The translations under genes and the position numbers were made by a program. A stretch of 50,688 nt of DNA from a virus (lineage: Duplodnaviria; Caudoviricetes), in the IMG/VR virus record IMGVR_UViG_3300044732_000890, positions 1 to 50,688 of that record; one strand, written 5' to 3'. The first letter of the stretch is position 1. Every line of letters starts with the position of its first letter. The notes beneath the pieces were generated by a model that worked only from the letters and a program-made list of their open reading frames with translations, was not told where the DNA came from and searched no databases. Below are positions 34,511-44,505 of the stretch, in pieces.

Positions 34511-36306
34511 CACGCACCCAATGAACCAAAAACGCGCCAGACGTTGGCTGCAGTCTTGATAAGCGTCACGCCGGCGTAACGCTCCGAGATCTTCACCAAG
34601 CCACCTGCTGACAGTATTGTGACACCTGTCTGACCAGCAATCTTTGTGACACCTACACCACCCTGCGTCACCTCCACGCGCGTACCGTTCGGGAAGGCCA
34701 CGTTCGTGCTGTTTGGAATGACAAGCGTCAGGGCGGTGTCCGAGTTCATAATGATGAAGGCACCACGGTCAGCCGCTGTCAAAGTGTAGTTCGCGGTCAT
34801 TGTCTTGACGATAGTGACTGTGCCGGCTTGATCGACATCCAGGTTATCGCGGGCCGTTTGAACGCTCGTCAGATCGGCAAGGTTGGATGCCTTTTTCAGC
34901 GATGAGGCATCCATCTGATCGACGTAATCTTTCGTGGCCGCGTGCAGCCAAAAAGTCGGGTTCGCAGACAGGGTCAACGGACCCGTCATGGTGTCGCCAG
35001 CCTTGTTCACCCTGTTTGTGTCGGCTGCTTGAAATGCAGCGATTATGTTATTGTCGGCAGCTTTGTAGGCATTCGTTACCTGTGTGTCGCCCCAATCCAC
35101 ATATCCTTTAGGGGTGGCGTGAACAGTCTGGACAGGATCAGCAGATAGCGACAGGTGCCCCGTCATGGTGTCGCCAGTCTTCGCTACGTTGGCATTGTCA
35201 ACCTGCAGGGCAACCGCATCAACATACGCCTTGGTTGCCGCGTGCAATGACGCCGTGGGGGAACCAGACAGCGTCAACAGGCCCGTCAGTGTGCCGCCAG
35301 CCAGAGGAAGCTTCGTATCGGCGTATGCCTTGGTAGCAGCGTGCATGGCAGCCGTGGGGGCGCCCGAGAGCGTCAGCAAGCCCGTCATCGTATCGCCGGA
35401 CTTATTAACCTTGCCAGCAATAGCAGCCTCAGACGCCGTATCGCCGACCAAGTCAAACCTACCGTTCAGGCTGTATATCAGCAGCTGCCCGGCTGCTGCT
35501 GTGGTGGGCGAGCCATTGATCTTCGTCGTCCAGCTTGCGTCGACTGCACCAGTGTTGGAAACAGCAAAATAATCACCAACCGAATAAGTGCCGGTCAATG
35601 CATACGGCTTCGTGACATCTACAGTACCGATGTAGCCACCGTTCAGCGGCAGCAGGGAGTTGTCGATCTTGCCCTGAGTATTGAGCTTCACAACCTTGCC
35701 TGAATATTCTGGCGAACCGCCGACAGTTGTCTGGTAAGGCCCGGCATCCACATACTGCTTTGTAACAGCGTGAAGCTCGCTTGTGGGATCTCCCGACAAT
35801 ATCAGCGGACCCGTCATCGTATCGCCGGAAGTGGTCACACTCCTCGCGTCGACAGCATCAACGTAAGCCTTGCTTGCCGCATGAAGGCTGGATGTGGGTG
35901 AGCCAGACAGCGTAAGCGGACCTGTCATGGTCCCACCAGACAGCGGCACCATGCCAGAAATATTTGATGAGAGAGAACTCACGGCAGCATCCATCTGCTG
36001 CTTGGGCACAGCCTGCAGGGCGGAACTCGCGTTACCGGAAAGGAGCAGCGCACCCGTCATGCTGCTGCCAGAGATCGACACTTTTGCATTAAGCGCAGTT
36101 TGAGTTGCGGCATTGATCGTTTCTGTATTCCCGCCGGCATATGGAAGGGATGACCACCGGGTCGACCCGTTGCCAACTTTCATCCTCACGTCGCTTGCTG
36201 AAATCTGCTCAATACCAATCTCGCCATCACCCAGAACGATATTGTTTGCTGACCACTCGGCGGGTGTACCCACCAACTGGCGCATACGAGCGTATGATGT
36301 AGCCAT
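34510..36306 (-). CDS. Tail fibre protein (Mtd_N-like N-terminus, repeated shaft motif)
   Basis: GTPAEWSANNIVLGDGEIGIE..MKVGNG..WSSLPY; about 7 repeats of G(D/G)TMTGxLxLSGxPTxxLHAATKxYVD. Confidence 0.85.
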   Translation of the reverse strand: MATSYARMRQLVGTPAEWSANNIVLGDGEIGIEQISASDVRMKVGNGSTRWSSLPYAGGNTETINAATQTALNAKVSISGSSMTGALLLSGNASSALQAVPKQQMDAAVSSLSSNISGMVPLSGGTMTGPLTLSGSPTSSLHAASKAYVDAVDARSVTTSGDTMTGPLILSGDPTSELHAVTKQYVDAGPYQTTVGGSPEYSGKVVKLNTQGKIDNSLLPLNGGYIGTVDVTKPYALTGTYSVGDYFAVSNTGAVDASWTTKINGSPTTAAAGQLLIYSLNGRFDLVGDTASEAAIAGKVNKSGDTMTGLLTLSGAPTAAMHAATKAYADTKLPLAGGTLTGLLTLSGSPTASLHAATKAYVDAVALQVDNANVAKTGDTMTGHLSLSADPVQTVHATPKGYVDWGDTQVTNAYKAADNNIIAAFQAADTNRVNKAGDTMTGPLTLSANPTFWLHAATKDYVDQMDASSLKKASNLADLTSVQTARDNLDVDQAGTVTIVKTMTANYTLTAADRGAFIIMNSDTALTLVIPNSTNVAFPNGTRVEVTQGGVGVTKIAGQTGVTILSAGGLVKISERYAGVTLIKTAANVWRVFGSLGA

Positions 36307-36318
36307 TTGTTTCTCCTA

Positions 36319-36831
36319 TCAGGCAGCTGGTTGACCGGGTGACCCGGCGGCAATGACTTCATAAGACGGGGATGACGGTGAACCAGCAACTATCAGGTCC
36401 GCCGAAGGAGAAGCCACGCTTCCACCCAAAAGCCAGTCGCCAGTTCGCTCGACAATGCCCTTCGGCAAGGTGTTGGAATCCATCTCGGCTTGGAAAGTGG
36501 CCCGCATGTAACCAATGTCTACAGGCTCAAACGATATGTCGCTGATGTATCGGATGAAGTGTGCGATCATTGTCTGCTCTCTCAAGCCAGCCTGATCGCT
36601 CATAAGGTTCATGTAATGCCAGTCATAGCCATAAAGGTTGGCCCATGACTGCCACTCCCACACCTGCCTCATGCTTAAAACAAGAGACAAATTGAAAATA
36701 TACTTCGGGGTCGCGGCCATCTTCCTCTGCCGCGCACGCCCGTTTTCAAACGCCACCTGAGTGACACCATAGTCAATGTCGTAAGAGTATCCATCTATCT
36801 GTGGACACGGGAGGTTATTGGGATAGTCCAT
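36319..36831 (-). CDS. Distal-tail (Dit)-like minor tail protein
   Basis: YPNNLPCP..GYS...GRARQR...WQSW...GYDW. Confidence 0.65.
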   Translation of the reverse strand: MDYPNNLPCPQIDGYSYDIDYGVTQVAFENGRARQRKMAATPKYIFNLSLVLSMRQVWEWQSWANLYGYDWHYMNLMSDQAGLREQTMIAHFIRYISDISFEPVDIGYMRATFQAEMDSNTLPKGIVERTGDWLLGGSVASPSADLIVAGSPSSPSYEVIAAGSPGQPAA

Positions 36832-37223
36832 TACACAGCCCCCAGGTAGCCAACAACCATAGACGGAGAATACTCAACCGCTATCGAAGCCTCAACGTGT
36901 GTAGATGAAAGCGCAGAAACTGAAACAGAAGACACCACCCTGACAAGAACTGGCGACTTGTCCTTGCCCTGGAGGCCGGCCAAATACCCCGGCAGAGACA
37001 TCCAGAACCAGTCGAACCCATTCTGCCGCATCCAGCTTTGCCAATCACCAAGCTGTGACAATGTCATCACGAATGACATGTTCACGACCGTTGGCATCGT
37101 GTCGTACACCCTGCGCTGCGCCTGATGATAGGATATCTCTGAACGGATCACGCCCATAGAAACTGTATTGGTGAAGCTACTCACCTGTGGGCATGGATAT
37201 TTGTCTGGGTAAGTTTCAGCCAT
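36831..37223 (-). CDS. Second Dit-like minor tail protein
   Basis: YPDKYPCP...AQRR...WQSW...GFDWF; paralogous to neighbour. Confidence 0.65.
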   Translation of the reverse strand: MAETYPDKYPCPQVSSFTNTVSMGVIRSEISYHQAQRRVYDTMPTVVNMSFVMTLSQLGDWQSWMRQNGFDWFWMSLPGYLAGLQGKDKSPVLVRVVSSVSVSALSSTHVEASIAVEYSPSMVVGYLGAV

Positions 37224-39502
37224 CACTGCACCAAGAACGGCATCGCGCCAGAAAACACACTGTCATCATAATTGATCGCCTCAACCGTAACGGTGTTCTC
37301 ACCAGACGGCCGCACTGCCGTAACCACGAAATCACGAACTATGTTTGCCGCCGTACCAAAGGCAAACGATGTGTATTCGTATTGGTTGTCCGTATTGATC
37401 GTGGTTGGCGGGTTGCCCGGTAGCACGACAATGTTGGGCTGGCTTCCCTGAGACACCATAACGGGGTCCGTGGCGCCACCTGTCGGCGTCCGCAGCATGA
37501 TGTACTTGGCACCGCCAGACCAATCCAAGTCATGATCCAGCAACAGCCTGTTGCCGCTAACAGCGATCACCAGACCGCTGTCACCCCATTTCGGGACATT
37601 ATGGGAAATGCCAATGCGATCCCCCATCTGGAGGATCAGCCCCTCCAACTCCGTATCAAACGTAATTGTCTTCCTCTGCTTTCTGGTCCGCTGCCAAGTG
37701 AGCCGGGCGTACTGGCTCGCATGATCGCCATCAGTAACGCCGTCCAGAATGAATTTCTCAGGCCGCAGGGCGGCAGCCGGGTATGTAGCGTAGGCTTGCC
37801 TGAAATCCCTCGGGTCAAGATACTCCATCTCAACGCCGTCAGGGGCGCCCTCCTCATCGAAGGAGTAACCCACATTCATGCTGCCACTGACGATGTTCGC
37901 GTCGGTAAACAGCATCGACCGCATCGGCTTGACCCCGTCTTGGGCCAGAGACATCATGTTCCCGATTGGCAGCGGCTCCGCGGCGAACGGTATTGTGATC
38001 GTGCGAAGAGCATCCCACACAGTTGTTCGCTCACGGAATACATGATTGAACTGGTAGCTTGCCCAATCGGAACGCGCCTTTGACAGCGTGTCAATGTCAA
38101 TCTCAGAACGCGGCCTGTCCGCACCATATTCCGAATTCAGGTAAACATCAGTAAACGCATCCGCGCCGTTGCGGCTCGCGACTTCCGTGCCACCCCACGG
38201 CGGCATGAGGAGACGTGTAGCCTTTACCCTCACCCGGATTGATGCGTCCTGGCCCAGCCCCTGCGATGCCTTGACCCGGCAAGCCAGAAGCGTCAAGTCT
38301 CCGTAAACCGGCGCAGTGGTGTAATTGGCGAATAGCTTCAAGCCGACCCATACAAAACGGTCGGTTCCATCCTTTGCATTCGGGGCTTCGGTGATGCGTG
38401 TCACTTTAACCGCCCAACGCGCTGATCTTGGCGCCGTAACCATATACGACCGCCGGATTGGCGCGGTTATGGCCGTCTTGTTCTTCTCATAGACACTTGA
38501 GACAATGATGTTATTCATGTCGGGTCCAGTTACGACAGTGCTATTGACTGTCGATGCCGTCACCGTCTCACTCAGGACAGCGCCAACCTCATTGTCGTTA
38601 TCGTCAAGTTCAACATACTGTATTCTGAATTTGACTGTACGGCCCTTGAGATCTGCGTCACCCTTGTCCGGGTCCGTGCAGCCACTCGGGAACATAAAGT
38701 CCAACTGGAATTTGCGCCCCTTCAAGCCGGGCTTGCACGTTGCGAAGTACCCGGCGGTGTCATTTTTCTCGACGAACTCCTGGTTGGACACTTCTGGCGA
38801 CGAGACGACATTCTCATGGAAATCGCCACCCATTGCGTCCGCTATGACGCCCATCTTGGAGCGGTGCTGAGATGGGCGGAAGGCATTCCACTGCACGACA
38901 CCGCCGTCGATTGTCTTTGTCTTCGTGTCGCCCACATAGACATCGGTGACATTGATGTCACCCTGCCCGACACACATCAGAAGGTCGAGGTACTGTATGC
39001 CATTGTATGGCTGACCGAACGAGGACTGATCCCACATATACCATGTGTATGGCTGCGAAATGTAATCTGGCGTGGTCAAGACAGTGCCGTATACCACCGG
39101 AATTGGCATGCCCACTTTGGCTGCATTCTGCTCTGATGCGATGTCGAAGGTCGACACCTTTCCGGTCATCTTCGAACTGGTGTCCTTCGGCATGAAGGCA
39201 CGCATCGCGAAGTAACTGGCGGCCGCCAGGGCGGCACTTATCAGGAGGCTCACGCCGATGGTCGTCAGGGAGACAGGTTCCGCCGGCATGAGCGCAATGA
39301 TAGCGACATCAGTGTCGGCAACCTCATAGTCCAAATCATCCAAAGGCTTTTCAGCGCCGTTCACATAGAAACGGATCGGCATCCCAAATCCATGCGGATA
39401 CTCCGATTGAAGCCAATCAATCACGGGGGTTCCAGCAGATAGGGGGTACACCTCTCGAGTATGAGGCGCGAGCGGATTTCTGAGGAGTACTAAGGATGCC
39501 AT
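37223..39502 (-). CDS. Central tail-tip/hub protein (TipJ-like)
   Basis: N-terminal ubiquitin-like segment, NAAKVGMPIPVVYG, LFTDANIV, DGVEMEY, GDRIGISH; start ATG 39502. Confidence 0.8.
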   Translation of the reverse strand: MASLVLLRNPLAPHTREVYPLSAGTPVIDWLQSEYPHGFGMPIRFYVNGAEKPLDDLDYEVADTDVAIIALMPAEPVSLTTIGVSLLISAALAAASYFAMRAFMPKDTSSKMTGKVSTFDIASEQNAAKVGMPIPVVYGTVLTTPDYISQPYTWYMWDQSSFGQPYNGIQYLDLLMCVGQGDINVTDVYVGDTKTKTIDGGVVQWNAFRPSQHRSKMGVIADAMGGDFHENVVSSPEVSNQEFVEKNDTAGYFATCKPGLKGRKFQLDFMFPSGCTDPDKGDADLKGRTVKFRIQYVELDDNDNEVGAVLSETVTASTVNSTVVTGPDMNNIIVSSVYEKNKTAITAPIRRSYMVTAPRSARWAVKVTRITEAPNAKDGTDRFVWVGLKLFANYTTAPVYGDLTLLACRVKASQGLGQDASIRVRVKATRLLMPPWGGTEVASRNGADAFTDVYLNSEYGADRPRSEIDIDTLSKARSDWASYQFNHVFRERTTVWDALRTITIPFAAEPLPIGNMMSLAQDGVKPMRSMLFTDANIVSGSMNVGYSFDEEGAPDGVEMEYLDPRDFRQAYATYPAAALRPEKFILDGVTDGDHASQYARLTWQRTRKQRKTITFDTELEGLILQMGDRIGISHNVPKWGDSGLVIAVSGNRLLLDHDLDWSGGAKYIMLRTPTGGATDPVMVSQGSQPNIVVLPGNPPTTINTDNQYEYTSFAFGTAANIVRDFVVTAVRPSGENTVTVEAINYDDSVFSGAMPFLVQ

Positions 39503-39885
39503 CGATAGAACTCCGTCCGGGGGTAAATGCCTACAAATCTGGATAACGGCTGCCAAGCAGACCCGAAGCCACGCGAGGCATGAAGAACGCCACGCGCAAA
39601 ATACACACCGACATGGTGCGGCCTCATGTTGCTCCCCACCACCGCTATATCCAAGTCGCCCGGCTGCTCGACCAGAGTTGACCGGCCCACCTCAAGTTCC
39701 CCCCGCAGCGCGGCGGCGATGGCTCTGGACGCCGATTGCGGACCCGGCTCCGACTGATACCAGTCTGGCAAAACGATACCCCTGACATCCCTGTAGACAG
39801 CCGCGACGAGGCCATAACAGTCGAACGCATCCGGGCCTCGGGCACCCTCGCAATATGGAAGGCCAATGTACTGGTTCAAGTTCAT
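39490..39885 (-). CDS. NlpC/P60 tail assembly protein
   Basis: YIGLPY..GARGPDAFDCYGL, HHVGVY, VLHA. Confidence 0.9.
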   Translation of the reverse strand: MNLNQYIGLPYCEGARGPDAFDCYGLVAAVYRDVRGIVLPDWYQSEPGPQSASRAIAAALRGELEVGRSTLVEQPGDLDIAVVGSNMRPHHVGVYFARGVLHASRGFGSAWQPLSRFVGIYPRTEFYRWHP

Positions 39886-40382
39886 CGGCGAAGACCTGGG
39901 AAGATGTCATAGCGATACATGTTGTAGGGGAAGGCCCGGTTTAACACATCCATGCGCGTTGCCGTCGCAGAAACCGAGTCTCGCGTCATCTGGGCGCCCG
40001 TAACAACCAAGGACATAGCCGGGTTGTTTTGCTGCTCAGTCCCTTCACGATCCAAATAAACTCTGTAAGTACAGCGGATAGGCTCACTCGGATCAGTGAT
40101 GGCAAGCTCAAGGGGGTCGACGAGTTCCCGCCCGATGTTTGCGAGGGTCAACGCCATGTCCTGCTGGCCCGACTTGTCGACCGCAGGGAGAACAATCTTG
40201 AAGGGAACCGGGGCAAACGTGACTTGGGCGCCACTCTCAAGCAAGAACCTCCAGGGACGGGTATCATTGGTCAAGTAGTACGCCCTGCCGAACTTGCTGT
40301 GCGAGAATGTCAACGTCTCAATATACCGGGTCGTCGTCGGCGCGGAGGCGTAGATAAGCTTCAATGAGGAGGAGATAGCCAT
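39882..40382 (-). CDS. DUF1833-like minor tail protein
   Basis: YASAP...IETLTFSH, FAPVPF.I.LP, DVLNRAFP...FPGL; start ATG 40382. Confidence 0.8.
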   Translation of the reverse strand: MAISSSLKLIYASAPTTTRYIETLTFSHSKFGRAYYLTNDTRPWRFLLESGAQVTFAPVPFKIVLPAVDKSGQQDMALTLANIGRELVDPLELAITDPSEPIRCTYRVYLDREGTEQQNNPAMSLVVTGAQMTRDSVSATATRMDVLNRAFPYNMYRYDIFPGLRR

Positions 40383-40515
40383 GTAAATCACCACCCTGCC
40401 GCCGCCGTTGAGGCCCACCACGCGAGGCAGGCCACAAGGATGAATGTCAACGGAATCTTTATGAATCCGAAGCCCCGGCCGAGGCAATACGCAAATCGAG
40501 TAACGGAAGTTTTCC

Positions 40516-42507
40516 TCACCTTCCGGCCCTCTTCAGACCGTAGCCCGTCTCAAAACCCTTGGAGAGAGGAGATCCACCCCGCGCTACGCGGGCCGCAAGT
40601 TCCTTCTCGACCACGTCAATGTCGATGCCGCCATCTCCATTCCGCCGGGCCGACACATGCGACCCGGTATAGTTGTTGATCTTCACGTTCACCGGGCTGC
40701 CCTCGACGCCCAGCCGGCCATTGCGGCGGGTCAGGGGCATGATCGCTTCCGGCCCGGCTTCACCCATCAGGCCAGTTCGGCCGCCGGCCATCGGGAAAGC
40801 CACGGGGCTGGAGACAACGCCGCCGGAAGCAAAAGCCTTGATCTGCTTGCCGCCGGCGAACGCGCCGCCATTGCCGTAGACGCCGCCAAAACGCTGCAGC
40901 AAGGAACCAAAGCCGCCGCCGCCAACCCCGCCAAGCGCCGTCTGAATCGCGTAGAGGATGGTTGCCTTCACGATCATGGCGGTGATCTCCTTCAGGAAGG
41001 TAACCGCGAACTCCTTGAAGGCGTCTTCGGCCGACTTCGTACCCTCGACGAAGGCCATGAAGGCATCCGTCAGGCCGCTCGCCAATTCCTCCTGAATCGA
41101 CTTGTTGATGTCGCGCACCTGTTCGTAGAATGAGTTCAGCGGCTCACTCGTCGACTCGATGGCCTTGGACATCTCATCCCACTTCTCCTTGAAGTTCAGT
41201 TCGTCGATCTTCGACTGGATGCCGTCGATATAGGCGACCGCCTGCTCCCGCTGTTCTGGCGTCATCTGCGAGTTGAAGCGTTCGAAGTTCTCCGTCGCCT
41301 CCTTAAGCTGGGCATTGGCCCTCTCAAGCGGGGTGACACCACGCTCAATAGTCTCCACCCAGCTTCTGTATTCCGAAGCCGCCTTCGACGCGGCAGCCTC
41401 AGATTGGCGCATCAACTTTGCGTTTGCTCGCTCCGCGTCCCTCTGGGCATCTGCCGCCTTCTTGGCAGCCTCCTCAATGGCGGCAAGCTGCCGGGTCACG
41501 ACACCCTCCCCGCCATTGTTCTCAAATGTGTCTGCCGCACTCGGTGGCGTGAAGCTGAAGCCCATTGACGCGCTTGTCGGCGGCCTGATCTTCGCCAGGG
41601 CGTCATACCTGGATTTCAAGGTGTCGAGGAGCGGGATCGCCTGTTCAGCAGAGGCATTGTTCAGCTGCAGCCACTTGTTGAACTCTGCCAAAGCCGCCGC
41701 CGCGGCATCCGTGTCGAGCGACCCCAATGCCCGGCCGAAGTCGTTGACCGGACCCTCCAGGGCCTTCGCCGCTTCAGCCGTCAGGCCGAACTTGGTCTGG
41801 AGGTATTCAGCCCGCTTGGCGGCCTCATCCATCGGCTCGATCAACTGACCGAACACGGAATTGCCGATGTCAAAGTTCTTGAGGCTGTTGGCGACGATGC
41901 TGAAGGTATCAGCCGCGCCCAGCGCATTCGCATTCAGTTCTGCAAGGGCGGCCGCGTCATCACGGAGAGTTGCGGCAATGTCAGCCGCCGCCAGCTGCTC
42001 CTTGGTTGCGGCGATATCCCTGATGATCTCAGCGTGCTTCCCATATTCTTCAGTGAGGTCGGCAATGCTCTTCTTCGTCGTCTCCTGCGCTTCCGCGAGA
42101 GCCTTCGTTGCCTCCTCGAGTTCCTTGCTCCTATCGGCGCCGACGCTCATGCTGGTGATCATGGGACCGAAAATAGCAACGCCAGCACCCACGGCAGCGC
42201 CCAGCGCACCGAAGCCGGCAAGCAACTGAGGAAGCTGCTGGCCGAGGGCGCGGCTGACATCCACGCCGCCCTGAAGCTGAACTGCAAAGTCGGCAACCTG
42301 GTAGCTCGCGTTCTGGATCGCCTGCCCAGCGGAGCCAAACGCCTTGCCGGTCCGGGTGACACCCGTAGCCGCACCAGCCGTCTGCTTTTGCATCTTGGTG
42401 ATCTGATCGTTCGCCGTCTTCAGCTGGACGGTAAGCGAGGCAACGTCTTTCGTCGCCGCATCCGTATTGAAAATCAGGTCATACTGAATTGCTGTTTTAT
42501 CGACCAT
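40516..42507 (-). CDS. Tape measure protein
   Basis: QNASYQVADFAVQLQGG..LGQQLPQL N-terminus, Ala-rich coiled coil, C-terminal FASGGVV..MGEAGPEAIMPL. Confidence 0.93.
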   Translation of the reverse strand: MVDKTAIQYDLIFNTDAATKDVASLTVQLKTANDQITKMQKQTAGAATGVTRTGKAFGSAGQAIQNASYQVADFAVQLQGGVDVSRALGQQLPQLLAGFGALGAAVGAGVAIFGPMITSMSVGADRSKELEEATKALAEAQETTKKSIADLTEEYGKHAEIIRDIAATKEQLAAADIAATLRDDAAALAELNANALGAADTFSIVANSLKNFDIGNSVFGQLIEPMDEAAKRAEYLQTKFGLTAEAAKALEGPVNDFGRALGSLDTDAAAAALAEFNKWLQLNNASAEQAIPLLDTLKSRYDALAKIRPPTSASMGFSFTPPSAADTFENNGGEGVVTRQLAAIEEAAKKAADAQRDAERANAKLMRQSEAAASKAASEYRSWVETIERGVTPLERANAQLKEATENFERFNSQMTPEQREQAVAYIDGIQSKIDELNFKEKWDEMSKAIESTSEPLNSFYEQVRDINKSIQEELASGLTDAFMAFVEGTKSAEDAFKEFAVTFLKEITAMIVKATILYAIQTALGGVGGGGFGSLLQRFGGVYGNGGAFAGGKQIKAFASGGVVSSPVAFPMAGGRTGLMGEAGPEAIMPLTRRNGRLGVEGSPVNVKINNYTGSHVSARRNGDGGIDIDVVEKELAARVARGGSPLSKGFETGYGLKRAGR

Positions 42508-43244
42508 CAGCGGCCCCCGTTCTTTTGTCTTTCGCGGCGCTCACGTTCCGCCTTGCGTGCATTCCTTTGCCGCTTCCGCATCTGGTAGCCGCGGCGGGTC
42601 TTCAGGTTTGAGGCGAACTCACCTCGCGCCGAAATCATGATGACGGGTGTCATGTACTTGAAGCCAAGGCCCAGCTTTTTGCCAGACCTGTAAGTGAACC
42701 TGATCGCGGCCCTGGCTCCCCACTTCGCCAGCAGCGAATTGGCTACCTCGAGGAAAATACCGTTCACATTGTAGTTTGGAGCCTCAAGCGTCGAGGCATA
42801 CTCAGCCGCCGACCAGATCTCGACAATCTCACCAGACTTCAGCGGGTTCATCGCCTGGATCTTCTGAAGCGATGAAAGCGCCCGCATCTTGCCGTTCAGG
42901 GTGATGCGGAGACTGTTGTGATAGCTGCCCGTCTTAACAGGGGCGCGGCGCCAGAAAGCCGCCACGAACTCGGTCGCGATCTCTACGGCGTAGTTCGTGC
43001 CGCCGGCCGTTGTGATGCCTATGCTGGCCGGAAGATAAAGCTGCTGGTTCGGGATGGCATCAATTGTCGGATATTTTCGCGGCTGCTGGTACTTCCTGAA
43101 CGCGAAGACGGAGTAGTTCGATTTGAACCCCTCCCGCGAGGTGTACTCCATCGCCGTCTCGCGATGGACTTCGGCGATCTTCATCGGCAGATCACGCAGC
43201 AACACCGCTGTCATGTCCACGTTCCTGTAGACCGCCGTAGCCAT
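42507..43244 (-). CDS. HK97 gp10-like tail-completion protein
   Basis: RAPVKTGSYHNS and AEYASTLE motifs; basic C-terminus. Confidence 0.6.
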   Translation of the reverse strand: MATAVYRNVDMTAVLLRDLPMKIAEVHRETAMEYTSREGFKSNYSVFAFRKYQQPRKYPTIDAIPNQQLYLPASIGITTAGGTNYAVEIATEFVAAFWRRAPVKTGSYHNSLRITLNGKMRALSSLQKIQAMNPLKSGEIVEIWSAAEYASTLEAPNYNVNGIFLEVANSLLAKWGARAAIRFTYRSGKKLGLGFKYMTPVIMISARGEFASNLKTRRGYQMRKRQRNARKAERERRERQKNGGR

Positions 43245-43456
43245 CAGATATTGAACCCGCGGAGAACAAGTTCATCGCCTTGCCTCGGCCGCAGTTTTGG
43301 AGCCTTGCCAGCAGCCAAAGACTCCCGTTCAGCCTTTTCAGAATAGAACGCCACCCAGCCGAAATACTCGGCGACCGTCATCTCGCGGAGCATCCGCGTC
43401 ACGGTCATCCCGAGGTTTTCGGCAAGCTGGTAGACGTTCATCTGCTGCGGCGTCAT
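43244..43456 (-). CDS. Tail assembly chaperone, T-like segment (frameshift extension)
   Basis: LAENLGMTV..M...MTVAEYFGWVAFY; in -1 frame of upstream ORF. Confidence 0.8.
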   Translation of the reverse strand: MTPQQMNVYQLAENLGMTVTRMLREMTVAEYFGWVAFYSEKAERESLAAGKAPKLRPRQGDELVLRGFNI

Positions 43457-43701
43457 CCGTTTCCCTTCTCTCCACCCGAGAAAGCGTTGAGTTCCATGAC
43501 AATAGGCATCAGCTTCATCGCCACACCGAAGCTGATGTCGCCCTCCTTGGCCGGCACGCCATTGATCGTGGTGGCCGTGCGGATCAAGCCGCCAGTATCA
43601 AGGATGCCCGTTTCCCTGCTGATCAAAGGAAGCCCGGCCTCCATCGACAACTCGGAAACCTCATAGACGTTGCCGTCGATATCTATCTTCTTGGTTTTCA
43701 T
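43453..43701 (-). CDS. Tail assembly chaperone, G-like
   Basis: Between major tail and T-like ORF; ends with slippery site. Confidence 0.75.
   Translation of the reverse strand: MKTKKIDIDGNVYEVSELSMEAGLPLISRETGILDTGGLIRTATTINGVPAKEGDISFGVAMKLMPIVMELNAFSGGEKGNG
43459..43465 (-). other. Programmed -1 frameshift slippery site G GGA AAC
   Basis: X XXY YYZ in the correct phase (AAG GGA AAC GGA TGA); -1 frame continues AAA CGG ATG ACG into next ORF. Confidence 0.8.
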
Positions 43702-43704
43702 TCT

Positions 43705-43770
43705 CTCACCTTTTCACGCTCACCTGTGTTGGGTGGCTGCCGGCGGAAGGTGAGCAACCCGCCGGCAGCC
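43705..43770 (-). promoter_or_regulatory. Hairpin with loop complementary to downstream SD (pseudoknot candidate)
   Basis: 12-bp perfect stem 43735-43746/43759-43770; mRNA loop GUUGCUCACCUU matches AGGUGAGC (43725-43718) and AAGGUGAG (43712-43705). Confidence 0.55.
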
Positions 43771-43785
43771 TTCACCGCCTCTCCC

Positions 43786-44460
43786 TTAAAAGAGGTGGCG
43801 ATACCGGGAAGAGAGGCTGATTGTGCCAGTGTAGCCAGTCGCACCATCAATCGGGATGTCAACATTCAGGGCAGACAGAATGCCGTTGAGCATGATGTAG
43901 CCCTGATCGTTGCCCAGCTTGATGCGGAAGTCCCGCGCCTTGCCATCCTCATAGGCTTCCATGAGTTCCTTGTAGCCGGCATCCGAGATGTCGACGAAGC
44001 CGGCAATGTCTACAGTGCCTGAGCCAACCACCTGGGACGGGATCGTGGCAGTCGGATCACAGAAAGTTGCAACGCTGACGTTGCTTGTGCTTTCCGGGTT
44101 GAATGTGATCGACGAGAGGCAGAGGCACTCAAAGTCAGCGTCATTGTAGCCCCGGATTGAGGCACCAGCCGCCAGCGTCTGCGTTGCACCAACCGTATCC
44201 GATCCCAGCAACGTAAAGGACGTTCCAGTAACGCTGTCCACAATCCAGCTCTTGCCGTCCAGCTGCGGGAATCCGGTGCAGCCTGTGGCGCCAGAGGCAG
44301 GGATCTTCACCATATCCCCCGCCAAAAGCCCGGCTGTCGAGGCCACGGTAACAACCGCGGGGGCAGCTTTGCTGATTGCGGTCGGGGTGGCGTTGGTCGC
44401 AGTCGCCGCCCCCTTGAGGACACACACTTTCGTGCCCTTGGTCGAATATGCACTAGCCAT
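43786..44460 (-). CDS. Major tail tube protein
   Basis: TAISKAAPAVVT inserted domain, VSVATFCD, RDFRIKL..GYIML; position before chaperones. Confidence 0.8.
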   Translation of the reverse strand: MASAYSTKGTKVCVLKGAATATNATPTAISKAAPAVVTVASTAGLLAGDMVKIPASGATGCTGFPQLDGKSWIVDSVTGTSFTLLGSDTVGATQTLAAGASIRGYNDADFECLCLSSITFNPESTSNVSVATFCDPTATIPSQVVGSGTVDIAGFVDISDAGYKELMEAYEDGKARDFRIKLGNDQGYIMLNGILSALNVDIPIDGATGYTGTISLSSRYRHLF

Positions 44461-44505
44461 GTTTCACTCCTGAAGGCTCGTTGCGGTTTTGCTCACCATT
44501 TTTCG

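Noticed and set aside
34510-36306. Mtd-like N-terminus suggesting a diversity-generating retroelement
   Set aside because: No reverse transcriptase and no TR/VR repeat pair seen in the window
40422-40450. Minus-strand TTGACA in the gap after the tape measure gene
   Set aside because: No plausible -10 at 16-18 nt spacing
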